From the NCBI GenBank assembly GCA_951406725.2, contig OX597835.1:42098001-42162000 (forward strand): a stretch of 64,000 nt of DNA. Reading direction: 5' to 3'. Source of the stretch: Octopus vulgaris. Lineage: Eukaryota. The translations under genes were made by a program, and so were the position numbers. The notes below the pieces were generated by a model. That model was not told the DNA's origin. It saw only the letters and a list, made by a program, of their open reading frames with translations, and ran no database searches. Shown one piece after another: positions 24,913-38,306 of this stretch (within the stretch, counting starts at the first letter, position 1; every line of letters starts with the position of its first letter).

Positions 24913-25284
24913 ATTTTGTTGAATTTTCTGTTGCTTTAAATAAAGTATATATATATGTAAATAGATAGATATGTATATTTAAGTAATTGTGTATTGAAAG
25001 ATATATATGTAGACATACTGAATATCAGGAGACTTAAATGCCTAAATATATGCTTAAGCAACTTTTTAATGTATATTTGGCATTCTGCAAATGTGTAAGT
25101 TGAGAGCAAGATGTAGATATACTTTTATATATATATATATATTCTGACACTAATTTATTTTCTCTGATCAGCTATTAAGAAGACATTTTAGATCCTTATT
25201 TTGTAACACAATATTTTATATATAATATATATATATATGGAAAGCGGACGCTAAACGATGATGATCATTCATACATACATACAT

Positions 25285-25315
<31 letters not shown>

Positions 25316-25337
25316 TATACACACATACATACAAATG

Positions 25338-25445
<108 letters not shown>

Positions 25446-25580
25446 TACATATGTATGTACACCACATCTTATGGCACTGTCTCTGGGTTCTTGACATAAA
25501 TGCTTGGTGGAGAAAACTTAAATTTAATTACTTGTGCAATAAAAAAAATGTAAATCCCTAAAGTTTTTTTTGTATTTCAG

Positions 25581-25672
25581 AATGCATTAATTAGTAATAA
25601 AATGAGATATTTAACGATGAATGCTTTTGGTTGCAATGAGGAGAATATAAATATGTCTATACAATATAGTTT
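25581..25672 (+). CDS. Internal coding exon D (NALISNKMRYLTMNAFGCNEENINMSIQYS..)
   Basis: Acceptor ttttttttgtatttcAG; 92 nt open in phase 0; donor TTT|GTGAGT (phase 2); the following exon was not found. Confidence 0.65.
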
Positions 25673-26865
25673 GTGAGTAATACATCATCATCATCATCAT
25701 CATTACCATCATCATCATCATTAGCTTTGTTGTCATTATCATCATCATCATCGTCATCATCAATATCATCATCATCATCATCGTTAACATTACCAGCATC
25801 ATCATTGTTATCATCATCATCATCATCTTCGTTGTGTTTGTTATCATTATTGCCAATATTGTATTTCATCTGCCGCTACGTTCTGAGTTCAAATTCCGCT
25901 GAGGTCAACTTTGCCTTTCACCCTTTTGGGATTGATAAATTAAGCACCATTTGCAGACTGGGGTCAATCTAACCGACAGGACCCCCTCCCCTCGAAATTT
26001 CAGGCATTGTGCCTATAGTAGAAAGAATTATTATCAATATCTTTGCATTGTGGTTGCATCATCATCATCATCGTCATCATCAATTTACTGCTCAATTCCA
26101 TGCATGCATGGCTTCGACGTGTTCCCATGGTCTGAGTAGCTCATATTCAGTGTTACCCTTGTCTTAGATGGCTTGCAGGACCATGCCTCTTCTGTATGTT
26201 TTCATTTGGTGTGGTTTCTATTGCTGGAGAAGATTTTATCCTGGCACCTGCATCAAAGAGGTTGTCATGTCTCCAACACCACCAAAGAGCCCAGTCTATT
26301 CAAAGTTCATTCACCGGCCACTTTGCAGAATTTCCTGAGTGCATTTTACCATGGCACCTACATCAGAGAGGTTGCTTTGTATCCAGTAGTACCAAAAAGC
26401 CTTCTTTACTGTAAGTTTTTCCCATCTGTTTAAGTTGCAATAAAGATGACTACATATGCACACACGCATGCACACGCACACATGTGGCTGTGTGGTAAGA
26501 AGTTTGTTTCCCAACCCTGTGGTTCTTTGTTCACTCTCACTGCATGGCACCTTGGGTGTTGTCTACTATGGCCAAAACCTTGTGAGTGGGTTTAATAGAT
26601 GGAAACTGGCAGGATCTTCATAGACAAACATTTCTTCGACTGTGCCTTTCTGAAGATGTGCCTTTACACCTGAAATATAAAGGTTTTTCAACTTTCATCT
26701 CTGCATTTGTTAGGAGCTTTCCTTGGTGTTAGGAAGGACATCTAGTTGTAGAAACCCTAACCCCAATACAGACATGGAACCCAGGCAGATCATCAGCTGA
26801 CCAGTTCCTGTCAAACTGTCCAACCCATGTCAGCATGAAAAGCAGACATTAAATGATGATGATGT

Positions 26866-27249
26866 GGAGGCGCAATGGCCCAGTGGTTAGGGCAGCGGAC
26901 TCGCGGTCATAGGATCGCGGTTTCGATTCCCATACCGGGCGTTGTGAGTGTTTATTGAGCGAAAACACCTAAAAGCTCCACGAGGCTCCGGCAGGTGATG
27001 GTGGTGATCCCTGCTGTACTCTTTCACCACAACTTTCTCTCACTCTTACTTCCTGTTTCTGTTGTACCTGTATTTCAAGGGGCCGGCCTTGTCACTCTCT
27101 GTGTCACGCTGAATATCCCCGAGAACTACGTTAAGGGTGCACGTGTCTGTGGAGTGCTCAGCCACTTACACGTTAATTTCACGAGCAGGCTGTTCCGTTG
27201 ATTCGGATCAACCGGAACCCTCGTCGTCGTAACCGACGGAGTGCTTCCA
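26866..27249 (+). mobile_element. tRNA-derived SINE family B, full length
   Basis: A box TGGCCCAGTGGTTAGG, B box GGTTTCGATTCC; flanked by duplicated AAATGATGATGATG. Confidence 0.85.
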
Positions 27250-27545
27250 TCAAATGATGATGATGATGATGATGATAATGATCACATACACACACAGATA
27301 GGAAATCAGTTTTTAAAATAATCTTTCAATGGGTGGATATGGAACAGACTAAAAAAATATGGTAATATGTTTTTACAAGATAAGTGACAAAAAACAGTAA
27401 GTGAAAAGAGTTTAAAATTTAAATTATGCGGAAAATTTTCAAAGAGTGAAAAATAACTCATGAAAAACTATTCAAAATCATTATCATTTTAATATGCACT
27501 TTTATTGTGTGTGTGTCATAATAATAATAATAATAATAATATAAA

Positions 27546-27901
27546 TCTCTTATATATATAAATGGCAAAATGTCTGTGTGCGTGTCCTTTATACAAATCC
27601 ACAATTTTTCAGTTAGAGAGCTCGTACTTTCTATGGTCATTCAAAACCATCCAAGGGTGGTCGTGCACATCTTTACATTTCCCCAGTCACCCTGCAAAGC
27701 CATTAAAAAATCAATAGAAGTGACTTTTTTGTGAATTTTCTATCCAAAACCCAACCAAAATGCCCGAAACTTGATACGCCAATTGAATGCCAGCTAGCTG
27801 TATGTGATTGGTCGGGGATTTGGACAGTACTCGCGTGTTTGTGCGTTCGCACACAGCTGTATATGCATGCACTAGCACTATGACCCGGCGTTGCTGGGTC
27901 A

Positions 27902-27903
<2 letters not shown>
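27546..27903 (+). mobile_element. Non-autonomous Helitron (second family) with inverted 3' terminus
   Basis: 5' A|TCTCTTATATATATAAA; hairpin plus CTAG end present on the opposite strand at 27872-27903. Confidence 0.65.
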
Positions 27904-27936
<33 letters not shown>

Positions 27937-28356
27937 ATATGTTTGTGTGTGTGTGTTTGGCCCCCCCAACATCGTTTGACAACCGATGGTGGTGTGTTTA
28001 CGTTCCCATAACTTAACGCTTCGGCAAAAGAGACCGATAGAATAAGTACTAGGCTTCTAAAGAATAAGTCCTGAGGTCGATTTGCTCGACTAAAGGCGGT
28101 GCTCCAGCATGGTCACAGTCAAATCACCGAAACAAGTAAACGAGTAAAGAGTAATTTTCATTAGGTCCTGACTTTTGTTGTGTAATAATAATGATGACAT
28201 TGATTGTTCAAAGTAATTGCCGTTAATTAGTGGGTCTTTAGAATTTTGGAAAATGTTACTCGTGTTAGTCTTCATTGATTCTATCTCATTTTTGATTTCT
28301 ACCCGATATGCTTTTACAAAGATAGAGTCCCTTTCCACCCATCTAATTTTGGGTGT

Positions 28357-28390
<34 letters not shown>

Positions 28391-28692
28391 TGTAACCTGT
28401 TATTGCTATTTCAATTATGCGAACCACGTTTAAAGTTTATTTTCTTTTCTGTTGATTTGTTTATTAAATGAAGAGAAATTGATAAACGCTCGGCAGGCAA
28501 ATGTTTTCTCAGCTTTATAAAAATATATTTGTAAAGAATTTAAAGCCTCTGTGTGTGTGTGTGTGTGTTTGTATGTTTGTATCATATCTCTCACTTTATC
28601 TGTATATATGTATGCATGCTTGTGTATTGTCCATGCGTATCATGCTGTCTTGCTGTCTCTCCATCCCTTTCTCTGTTCTCTCATATAAAATA

Positions 28693-29205
28693 CTAGCAGT
28701 ATCGCCCGGCGTTGCTCGGGTTTGTAAGGGAAATAACTATATAAGCATTTTTAGAGAGTTACTTCCCTTATAGATGCCAATTCGGGCTTTCTTAGCCATT
28801 TCTGTTTTGGTGTCTTCAAGCCACGAAGTCGTTGTTCTAAAAGAACGCTGGTCTCCTTGACAACGCTTTACGACGTTGATTTCCTTACACTCCCTTCCCC
28901 ACAGCTTCACGAGGGAGGGAAGAAGGGGGAGAAGCAAACAGGTGCAGGTGTGACCATGGACGCCAACTCCGCCGCCATCGACACACGAAAAATTATGCAT
29001 TAAAATGGAATAAAAAATTATGTTAAATTATTTTAAAAATCGTAGACTCATCGTAGACGCACGCTAATACTCAGACGGGCTCGATATGAATCACGACTAT
29101 AAGATACCCGAATTTGGTTAAACTGCACCGCAAAATGTGGGAGTAGTTAGGAATCTAAATCGAAGGGGACAGACACTCACACAACTACAGTTTTATATAT
29201 ATAGA
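28693..29205 (-). mobile_element. Non-autonomous Helitron (family of 10978-11364)
   Basis: Minus strand TCTATATATATAAAA...CCCGAGCAACGCCGGGCGATACTGCTAG. Confidence 0.85.
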
Positions 29206-29332
29206 TATCTTCATATATGTATGTGTGTGTGTGTGTGTGTATAAAGTATCTATGCGTGCATGTATGTATACATGCATGCATGAATGCGTCTATTATGCAT
29301 GTGTGTGCATCTATCTATCTATCTATCTATCT

Positions 29333-29560
29333 CGGCGAGCTGGCAGAAACGTTAGCACGCCGGGCGAAATGCGTAGCCGTATTTCATCTGCTGTTATGTT
29401 GTGAGTTCAAATTCCGCCGAGGTCGACTTTGCCTTTCATCCTTTTGGGTGTCGATAAATTAAGTACCAGTTACGCACTGGGGTCAATGTAATTGACTCTA
29501 TCCCTTTGTCTGTCCTTGTTTGTCCCCTCTATGTTTAGCCCCTTGTGGGCAATAAAGAAA
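29333..29560 (+). mobile_element. SINE family A, young full-length copy
   Basis: GGCGAGCTGGCAGAAACGTTAGCACGCCGGGCG...GGCAATAAAGAAAT; inserted in (TATC)n. Confidence 0.85.
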
Positions 29561-30639
29561 TATATCTATCTATCTATCTATCTATCTATTTATCTGTGTC
29601 TGTCTATTTATCTATTCAGCTCTCTGTATGTATTTATGCATGTCTGTTGTGTGTGTATGTGCATGTGTGTGTGTGTGCATGTGCGTGCGCACACACTTGC
29701 ATGTGTCCATGTGTGTGTGTCTGTGTGCATGTATGTCTATGTATTTCTAACTGCTTATCCGTGTGTCTATCTGGCAATCTGTGTGTGTGTGTGTGTGCGT
29801 GTGTGTGTATTTGTATGTGTCTGTCTATCTTTCTGTAGCCATGGTCATGCTTGTGTGGTTCCACAATCCACTTTGCAAGGATGTTGCTTCAAGTTCAATC
29901 CCACCTTGGCTACTTTTTTCCTGTACCAGACTCCGGTTGACTGATGCTTTTGGAGCGAAATCTGCAAGACAGAAACTATGTGAACCAATCATACACACAC
30001 ACACACAATATGCAGGTGCTTGTGTGTGCTTTGTGCAAATGTATGTGTGTGTACTTGTTCTTTTAAGTCAGTGGCCATGTAGATCCACTGCAGCAAGAAA
30101 CTGCCTCTGTTCTGGTCCTGGGTTGGCCAATGCCATGGGAGTAAATTTGGTAAGCAGAAACTGAAAGAAGCCCGTGTGTGTGTGTGTGTGTATATTTGTC
30201 CACCACCATCATTTGACATCAAGTTGTTTCTTTATGTCCCTATAACTTAGCGATTTGGCAAAAGGTGACTGATAGAAGAAGTACCAGATTTTAAGAAATC
30301 GTGGATACTAGGGACGATTTGTTAGATTAAAATCCTTCAGAGTGGTGCCCCAGCATGGCCACAGTCTTCTGATTGAAACAAGTAAGAGAAAACAAGATAA
30401 CAGAAAATGTATGTGTGGTGTGTTGTGTGTCTGTGTTTGTCACTCACCCCAGATCATCACTTGACAACCACTGTTGGTTTGTTTATGTTCCTGTGACTTA
30501 GCAGTGCAGCTGAAGAGACCAATAAAATAAGTACCAGATTTAAAAAGTCACAAGTACTGGGGTTGATTCATTCAGCGAAGACATCTCAACACAGTCCCTT
30601 GCCATGGCTGCAAAGAACGAGGGAAATTACCCAGAGTTG

Positions 30640-31419
30640 GGATCTTTGCGTTTTGAACGGCAGTTTTTTCTAGCGGTGTCATATGAAATTGTCACCCATA
30701 ATTATGACCCTAGTATCGATCTATTGCATTTCAATCTCTATTAGGGTTAGGGTTAGGGGTGGGGAGAAGGGTATCTTTTTTTTCTTCAGAAATGTAAACA
30801 AACCCAATCTGTTTCTTAAACAAGGGACATTTTCGTACGGCACAGAATGTTTTTTTTTTACCTCAATAGATGTCATTGATTGGTTGAAATTGCAGAAATT
30901 GAAGAAAAAAAACAACAAATATCTTACAAACAATAGAATTTTCTCAATAAAGCCAAGAGAAAAAGATGTTTTATAAACACATTCTACCAGTATACGAAAT
31001 TTAAAATTTCTTAGTTACCTAGAAATTATGTTAAAAACTGCCGTTCAAACTGAAAAGATCACCCATAATTATGACCCTAGTATCGATCTATTGCATTTCA
31101 ATCTGTTTTAGGGTTAGGGTTAGGGGGAAGAGTATCTTTTTTTTTCTTCAGAAATGTAAATAAACCCAATCTGTTTCTTAAACGAGGGACATATTCATAC
31201 GGCACAGAATGATTTTTACCTCAATAGACATCATTGATTGGTTGAAATTGCAGAAATTGAAGAAAAAAAACAACAAATATCTTACAAACAATAGAATTTT
31301 CTCAATAAAGCCAAGAGAAAAATATGTTTTATAAACACATTCTACCAGTATACGAAGTTTAAAATTTTTTAGTTACCAAGAAATTATGTTAAAAACTGCC
31401 ATTCAAACCGAAAAGATCC
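30640..31419 (+). mobile_element. Merlin-like MITE family 1, partial head-to-tail dimer
   Basis: One left TIR and two right TIRs (ending 31060 and 31419); a single 8-bp TSD CAGAGTTG. Confidence 0.85.
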
Positions 31420-32873
31420 CAGAGTTGCCCTCTGCATGTTATGGACAATAGTTGAGTCGTTGTCGGCATATTTATAAACTACAACAACGGTTTCCTGTTG
31501 CAATCTCTGATATCTTGGTAAGAAACAAGAATGGAATTACCAACATCTCTTCGTCACTGCTGGTTTTTATTTAACGCAAATGTGGAATTAATTAACAGAA
31601 TGACTGCATCATACATATCTCTCTCTCTCTCTCCCTCCTTCACAATGTCCCCCTCTCACATCATACTACTCTCTCTCTCTCTCTTCTTCATAATGTCCCT
31701 CTCTCTCATCACACATCTCTCTTTTCTTTTCTTACACTGTCCCCTTCTCCCATCATACCTTTCTCTTTTCCTCTCTCACACTGCCCCTCTCTCTCTCTCT
31801 CACCATACACATCTCTTCTTCACAATGCCCCCACCCGTCTCACCTCACTTCTCTCTTTATCTCTGTTTCTCCCTCACACCGTTCCCTTTATCATTACACT
31901 CCTCTTTCTCTCCTCCTCTCCTTCACAAAGTCTCTCTCTCATCATCTCTTTTTACACTCTCCCTCACACTGTCTCCTCTCTCTCATTCACACTGTCTTCC
32001 TCTCTCTTTCTTCATTACTCTCTCTCTCTACCCATCACTCTCTACCCCTGTCTCCCCTTCTCTCTACCCCCCACAATCGCCACCCCCTCTGCCTCCCCTT
32101 CACACCCTACCTACCACTGCTACTCTTGTCTTATCCAATTTAACTTTACATACCTAATTGTCTCCACATTGTAGAACTCTTCTTTCTTCTTCTTTCATAT
32201 CAACGTTAAACATTAAAACGGAAACGTTTATGATCTGTGATAATTTCCCTACAAACACTCCAGATTTTCTGCATACAATCATTATTGCTCTTATCATTAT
32301 CGGCGTCTTCGTTATCTGTGGCGTTGGCGTCATCATTGGTGGCGGATTGGCAGATTTGTTAGGGCACCGTTAAAAAACCCCTTTGCGATGTTCCAGCTCT
32401 TTAACCCATTTTCTGTCGTGAACCCCATTTAGGGATCTGCTAAAAACAGTCTCACTGTCAGCCGTTCGTTATATTTAAAATGAGTTGCTGATGTATATTG
32501 CATTGGCAGAGGTGTGTTTAACAATGTTTAGTAGTTAAAGCTTGTTATTATTATTAGTCGTGGCTAATTCTGGAGGATATTTCATGCCATAAATCATAGT
32601 TTTTGAACTACAAAGATATTGACTGTTTTGAAAACTTAATTTTTTTTTGTGTGTGTATTTCCTAGCTATATCATTCATTGATATTTCATACACATACACA
32701 TTTGATTCTATAGTTTAAAAAAACAAACTAAATGTTTATTATTACAATTGAATAGAAAAGGATAAATATGCATTTTTTCAGCGAGCCCCATTTGCGACTT
32801 CTCGAAAAATTTACCATAATTTCCCAAATAATTCACATATGAAGAAAATCTAAATACTATATATTATTTTAAC

Positions 32874-33257
32874 GGATCTTTTCGGTTTGAACGGCAGTTT
32901 TTAAAAATAATTTCCACGTAACTAAACACTTTTAAACTTCGTAGAATGTATTTATAAAACATCTTTTTGTCTTGGCTTTATTGAGAAAATTCTATAGTTT
33001 GCAAGATATTTGTTGTTTTTTTTCTCTTCAATTTCTGCAATTTCAACCAATCAATGACGTCTATTGAGGTGAAACCATTCTGTGCCGTATGAAAATGTCC
33101 CTCGTTTAAGAAACAGATTGGGTTTATTTACATTTCTGAAGAAAAAAGATACCCTTCCCTCACCCTTAAAACAGATTGAAATGCAATAGATCGATACTAG
33201 GGTCATAATTATAGGTGACAATTCTAGAAAAAACTGCCGTTCAAACCGAAAAGATCC
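32874..33257 (-). mobile_element. Merlin-like MITE family 1
   Basis: Same TIRs; perfect 8-bp TSD ATTTTAAC. Confidence 0.85.
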
Positions 33258-34050
33258 ATTTTAACTCCTAAGACACAAGGCAAAGCTAACAAATACGAAT
33301 AAAAAAAAAATTGGCAGTTAATGGCTTAAGTTCCAAGTTAAAATCTCACTACAATCATCTTTGCCTTTCATCTCTCTGGGGGTAGATAAAATAAAATACC
33401 AGTCATGTACTGGGGGCGTATGTAATCAACATAACACACACACACACACACGTATGTCAACAGACCAAGTCAGCTTGACTTTTGATGTTGCTTTACTGAC
33501 GAGGTCCAATAACCCTAAAACATGCATGGTCCCCCCCCCCGGCTATATACTAAAACAAGACTTCTTTTAAACATGTAAAATAATTTTTGTAATTACACTG
33601 CTTGACAACCGGTGTTGGTGTGTTTACATCCCCGTAACTTAGTGGTTCAGCAAAAGGGACTGATGGAATAAGTAACAGGCTTAAAATCAAAAAACAAAAA
33701 AGTACTGGGGTCGATTTATTCGACTAAAAATTCTTCAATGCGGTGACCCAGCATGGCCACAGTCTGATGACTAAAACAAGTAAGAGGTAGAAGATTACTT
33801 GGAATCAGATGAGGGTAGGTGATAAGAAAGGTATCCGGCTGTTGAAAATCTGCTTCAACAGATTCCATCTGACCCATGCAAGCATAGAAAAGTGGACGTT
33901 AAAACGATGCTGTTGCTGATAGTGATGATGATGATGATGATTGCTTGTGTTGCGTATAACGGAATTTTACATCTTAAGTTTTGTTATGTCTTGGGAAAGT
34001 CATTATGCCAATATTTATTTCTTTATTGCCCGCAGAGGGCTAAACATAGA

Positions 34051-34317
34051 TACCAATATTCTTAACACACACACTGGTTCAAATCCACTCCTTTGTAATT
34101 AGCGAATTGGTTAAATATCCAACTGACTAATCGATTGTTTGTTTAATTTGGTTAAACAGTCAGTCATTTCAACAAACGAAAACGAAAACAGACAACTTGG
34201 TTAAACAAACAACTCTTGAACCAAGTTAAACAATCAATTAGTTAGTTGGATATTTAACCAGTTGACTAATGATAAAGAAGTGGAATTGAACCAGTGTGTG
34301 TGTTAAGAATATTGGCA
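34051..34317. mobile_element. Long-TIR MITE or fold-back element
   Basis: ~90-bp imperfect inverted arms CCAATATTCTTAACACACACACTGGTTCAA... / ...TTGAACCAGTGTGTGTGTTAAGAATATTGG. Confidence 0.7.
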
Positions 34318-35210
34318 TACTGACTCTCCCTAGCCACAATAAAATTTGTTTTAACACACGAATTCTCATAAAGAATCTTGCAAACCAGATGCAAAAACGA
34401 AACAACGTTATTTTGTCTAAATTCGTGTCATTTGCTAACATGAGTTACTTCCCTTCATTTCTTTTTGTTTTGTTTATTTTTCTGTTCATTCTGAAAGACA
34501 TGTTTTTGCTGTTGGAGAATCCCAAACCACCCCCTCCTACCGTTGTCTTTACTTTTCTTCCACCCTGTAATATAATATAACTTCATAAACATAAGACTTT
34601 ACCAAGAACAAAACAACAGGAAGATTATTGAGAATGTCACTGTATCGTTCTTTCAGAAACATGAAGACTTAAATCTGGTGGCCATATTGGTTTTGTCGTT
34701 ATTGTTGTTGTTGTTCTTATTATTGTTACCATCATTGTTATCCCATTGTCTTGTTATTGTATTGTTTTCTGAAAAGCCAAATGTGCTGTAGGAGGACGGT
34801 GCCAGCCGGCTGAGCGCCGGTGGGGTGGATTAGTCAGTCAGTTCACCAATCCTGACTGACATTTAGACTGTATAAATTCCAGTATTGTTGATAAGCCTTA
34901 GAGACAAGTTTGAGCTCACAGCTGGTTATAGCCAGATATGTATGTTTGTTTGTGTGTGTGTATATAAATATGTGTGTGCACATACAAGCATAAATATATA
35001 GATAGATAAAAGTCACACAAATTGAAAGAAAATAATAAGACAAAGAGGAGTAAAACTAAAGAAGGAGGAGTACATGAAGTTAGACAAGCAAAGGCTGTGG
35101 CTAAAAGAGTTTTGAAATATGAAATGAAGCAACAATAGAAAAATGTGTACAATGGAAAAAAATATGGGATTGAAAGAACCAGAAGAGCTTTGGGTTATAA
35201 TTTTTATGCA

Positions 35211-35441
35211 AGGTGGCAAGCTGGCAGAAACGTTAGCGTGCCGGGTGAAATGCTTAGCAGTATTTCATCTGTCACTACGTTCTGAGTTCAAATTCCACCG
35301 AGGTCGACTTTGCCTTTCATCCTCTCGGGGTCGATAAATTAAGTACCAGTTTCGCACTGGGTTGATGTAATTGACTTAATCCGTTTGTCTGTCCTTGTTT
35401 GTCCCCTCTATGTTTAGCCCCTTGTGGGTAGTAAAGAAATA
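35211..35441 (+). mobile_element. SINE family A with long TSD
   Basis: Flanked by duplicated TATAATTTTTATGCAAG. Confidence 0.85.
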
Positions 35442-36294
35442 TATAATTTTTATGCAAGAGAAGTGTAAGCAGTAAGAGAGGTAAAAGAAAAAGAGAAATG
35501 CTTTTGAATTTACTATTCTAATTTATATGACAGGTGTGGTATGTGTTTGTGTTTGTGTGTGTGTGGAGGTACATGACCTAGTATTTAGAGCGTTGGACTC
35601 ATGATCGCGAGATCAAGGGTTCGATTTCTGGATAGGGTAGTGCATTGAGTTCTTGAGCAAGACACATCATCTCGTGATGCTCTGGTGTGTGGGGAACCAT
35701 GCACCTGTACTGGTAGTGTTGATGTGATGGAGGGAGAGAGCTAACGTGCAGCGCAAGCATTTGATCTCACAAACAGCTCATCTAGAATCGTTTTTCTCAG
35801 ATTTGAGAGACTACCATTATTGTATATATATTTTATTGTTTCACTTGTTTCTGTCATTTGACTGCGGCCATGCTGGAGCACCGCCTTTAGTCGAACAACT
35901 CAACCCCAGGACTTATTCTTTTTTAAACCTAGTACTTATCCTATCAGTTTCTTCTGCTAAACCGCTAAGTTACAGGGACGTAAACACTCCAACATTGGTT
36001 GCCAAGCGATGGCGTGGAGGTGGGAACAAACACAGACACAAATACATTATATATATATATATATATATACGACGGGCTTCTTTCAGTTTCCGTCTACCAA
36101 ATCTACTCACAAGGCTTTGGTCAGCCCAAATAAACGAATAAAAGAATATTTATATATATATATATATATGAAAATTTTAGAAAAAATAAATAAGCAAATG
36201 AATGGAAATCGAACCGGTGATAAGGCATTAAAAGAGGGTGACTCTCTCCAGACACAATAATATCTGCGTGTGTGTGTATATATTTGTTTGTGTC

Positions 36295-36666
36295 ACTCCG
36301 TCGGCTATGACGACAAGGGTTCCAGTTGATCCGATCAACGGAACAGTCTATTCGTGAAATTAACATGCAAGTGGCTGAGCACTCCACAGACACGTGTACC
36401 CTTAACGTAGTTCTTTGGGAGATTCAGCGTGACATACAGTGTGACAAGGCTGGCCCTTCGAAATGCAGGTACAAGAGAAACAGGAAGAAGGAGTGAAAGT
36501 TGTGGTGAAAGAATACAGCAGGGTTCGCCACCCTCAGCCCCCTGCCAGAGCTTTGTGGAGCTTTAAGTGTTTTCGCTCTATAAACACAACGCCCGGTCTG
36601 GGAATCGAAACCGCGATCCTACGATCGCGAGTCCGCTGCCCTAACCACTGGGCCATTGCACCTCCA
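36295..36666 (-). mobile_element. SINE family B
   Basis: Reverse complement of 26866-27249. Confidence 0.85.
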
Positions 36667-36704
36667 CACACACACATACACATACATATATAGATCACAG
36701 CAAC

Positions 36705-36875
36705 TAAGCTGCCAGACGAGATGGTGAAGATGACGACGACCGCTTTGTTCAAAGCCTCCCTTGACCTCAAGTGGCCTGAACTCTTTACATGAACACCACC
36801 CTGTACTTAACTCCATGTCCCCCTACATGGCCTTGCTATTTGCTTTTGAGCCAAATTAACTAACTAACTAACTAA
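36705..36875 (+). mobile_element. CR1-like LINE extreme 3' end
   Basis: KLPDEMVKMTTTALFKASLDLKW*, short UTR, (AACT)n tail. Confidence 0.6.
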
Positions 36876-37611
36876 AAATCCAGGTTGAGTGAGTGTAAAT
36901 GGTAAAATCAAGTTTTCAGATTACATCTGTGGAGTGTTAACTGGGATTCCCAAACAACAACGTAACCTTCACATAATTGAGGTATCTTTGACGTGCTCAG
37001 TAGCTAGTGGAGTACCCCTCGTTGAGTAATTATTACAATAGAGGATCAACTTGCTAGGAAACCCATGTAGCCTGGATTATACCTGTTCTACATCATATAA
37101 ACTGGAGGTTTTGAAGCAGTTGTCCATAGATATTCTCTGTTTCTCTGATTTTCAAAGAGCCATTTATATCTGTAGGGCAGCTAACCTCTATGATGATACA
37201 TACCTTTGCCCCTCTGTCCCAAACATCAATATCTGGCCTGTCTTATCCAGGGCTTAACAATTATTTCCAGGACCTCAATGTAGGCAGCAGAGTTAACTCT
37301 AAGGCCTTCTGGAAAGAAGTAAGGAGGCATCACATCCTCCATTGCTGAAAACCCCTAAAACCATGACAGTTGCAGGAAATTTTGTATGCATAACACTTGG
37401 AACTTCAGAAGGGTCTACACATAACCATCTCTCATTTCTTCTGTTAACTTTTTGATCTTGGTCGAAGTTTTTCTTGTTTGAGAAAAACCAAATCAAATCT
37501 TCTGCTGGATTTTTCTGTTTGTTTAAGAGTCTTTTAGATCTGATGTAGTGATTTTTCTTTTGCTTTTTCTGACTAATTGACCTTTCCTCATCATATAGGA
37601 ATTACATCTGA

Positions 37612-38006
37612 CTAGCAGTATCGCCCGGCGTTGCTCGGGTTTGTAAGGGAAATAACTATATAAGCATTTTTAGAGATGTAAAGTATAATAGCCATCTCAA
37701 TATGGCTAACCACAAAGGTGGGTGTTACTGTAGCTTTTTACGTTCTGAGATTTGATAATACATTTTTAGAGAGTTACTTCCCTTATATAATAGCAAAAAA
37801 ATGCATTAAAAATGGGAAAATATGATGGTAAATTTTTTTTTAAATCGTAGACTCATCGTAGACGCGCGCTAATACCCAGAAGGGCTCGATATGAATCACG
37901 ACTATAAGATACCCGCTTCTGGTTACACTGCACCGCAAAATGTGGGAATAGTTAGGAATCTAAATCGTAGGAGACAGACACGCAACTTCACTTTTATATA
38001 TAAAGA
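37612..38006 (-). mobile_element. Non-autonomous Helitron inserted in the transposase
   Basis: TC...CTAG termini, inserted at A|T without TSD. Confidence 0.85.
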
Positions 38007-38306
38007 TGTCTTCGTAGACAACATTTGTGACTGTTCCTTCTGATACATGGAGATCTTTTGCTATTGACTCCTTGGACGTTCTGGGATTGTAATCAATGGC
38101 CTGTTGAACTTGCTGGATAAATTGAGATGTTCTGGTGATTTCAGAGCATTTAGCATGCTTTTTATGCTTTGATACTGGTGATACGTTTCCACCTTCAGTC
38201 TCTAGCTCCTTGCAAACTTTGTAGGTGAAAGATCTGGCCACTTTTAAAACTCGAGATATTTCTAAATTGTTATCCTCAGCCTTTATAACCACAATAACGG
38301 CATGCC

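Noticed and set aside
25172-25225. Alternative terminal exon after tctctgatcAG (LLRRHFRSLFCNTIFYI*)
   Set aside because: It runs into (TA)n and has no supporting signals; the exon at 25581 has better splice sites
26866-26940. tRNA gene
   Set aside because: The A and B boxes are the head of a multi-copy SINE with a TSD; no complete cloverleaf
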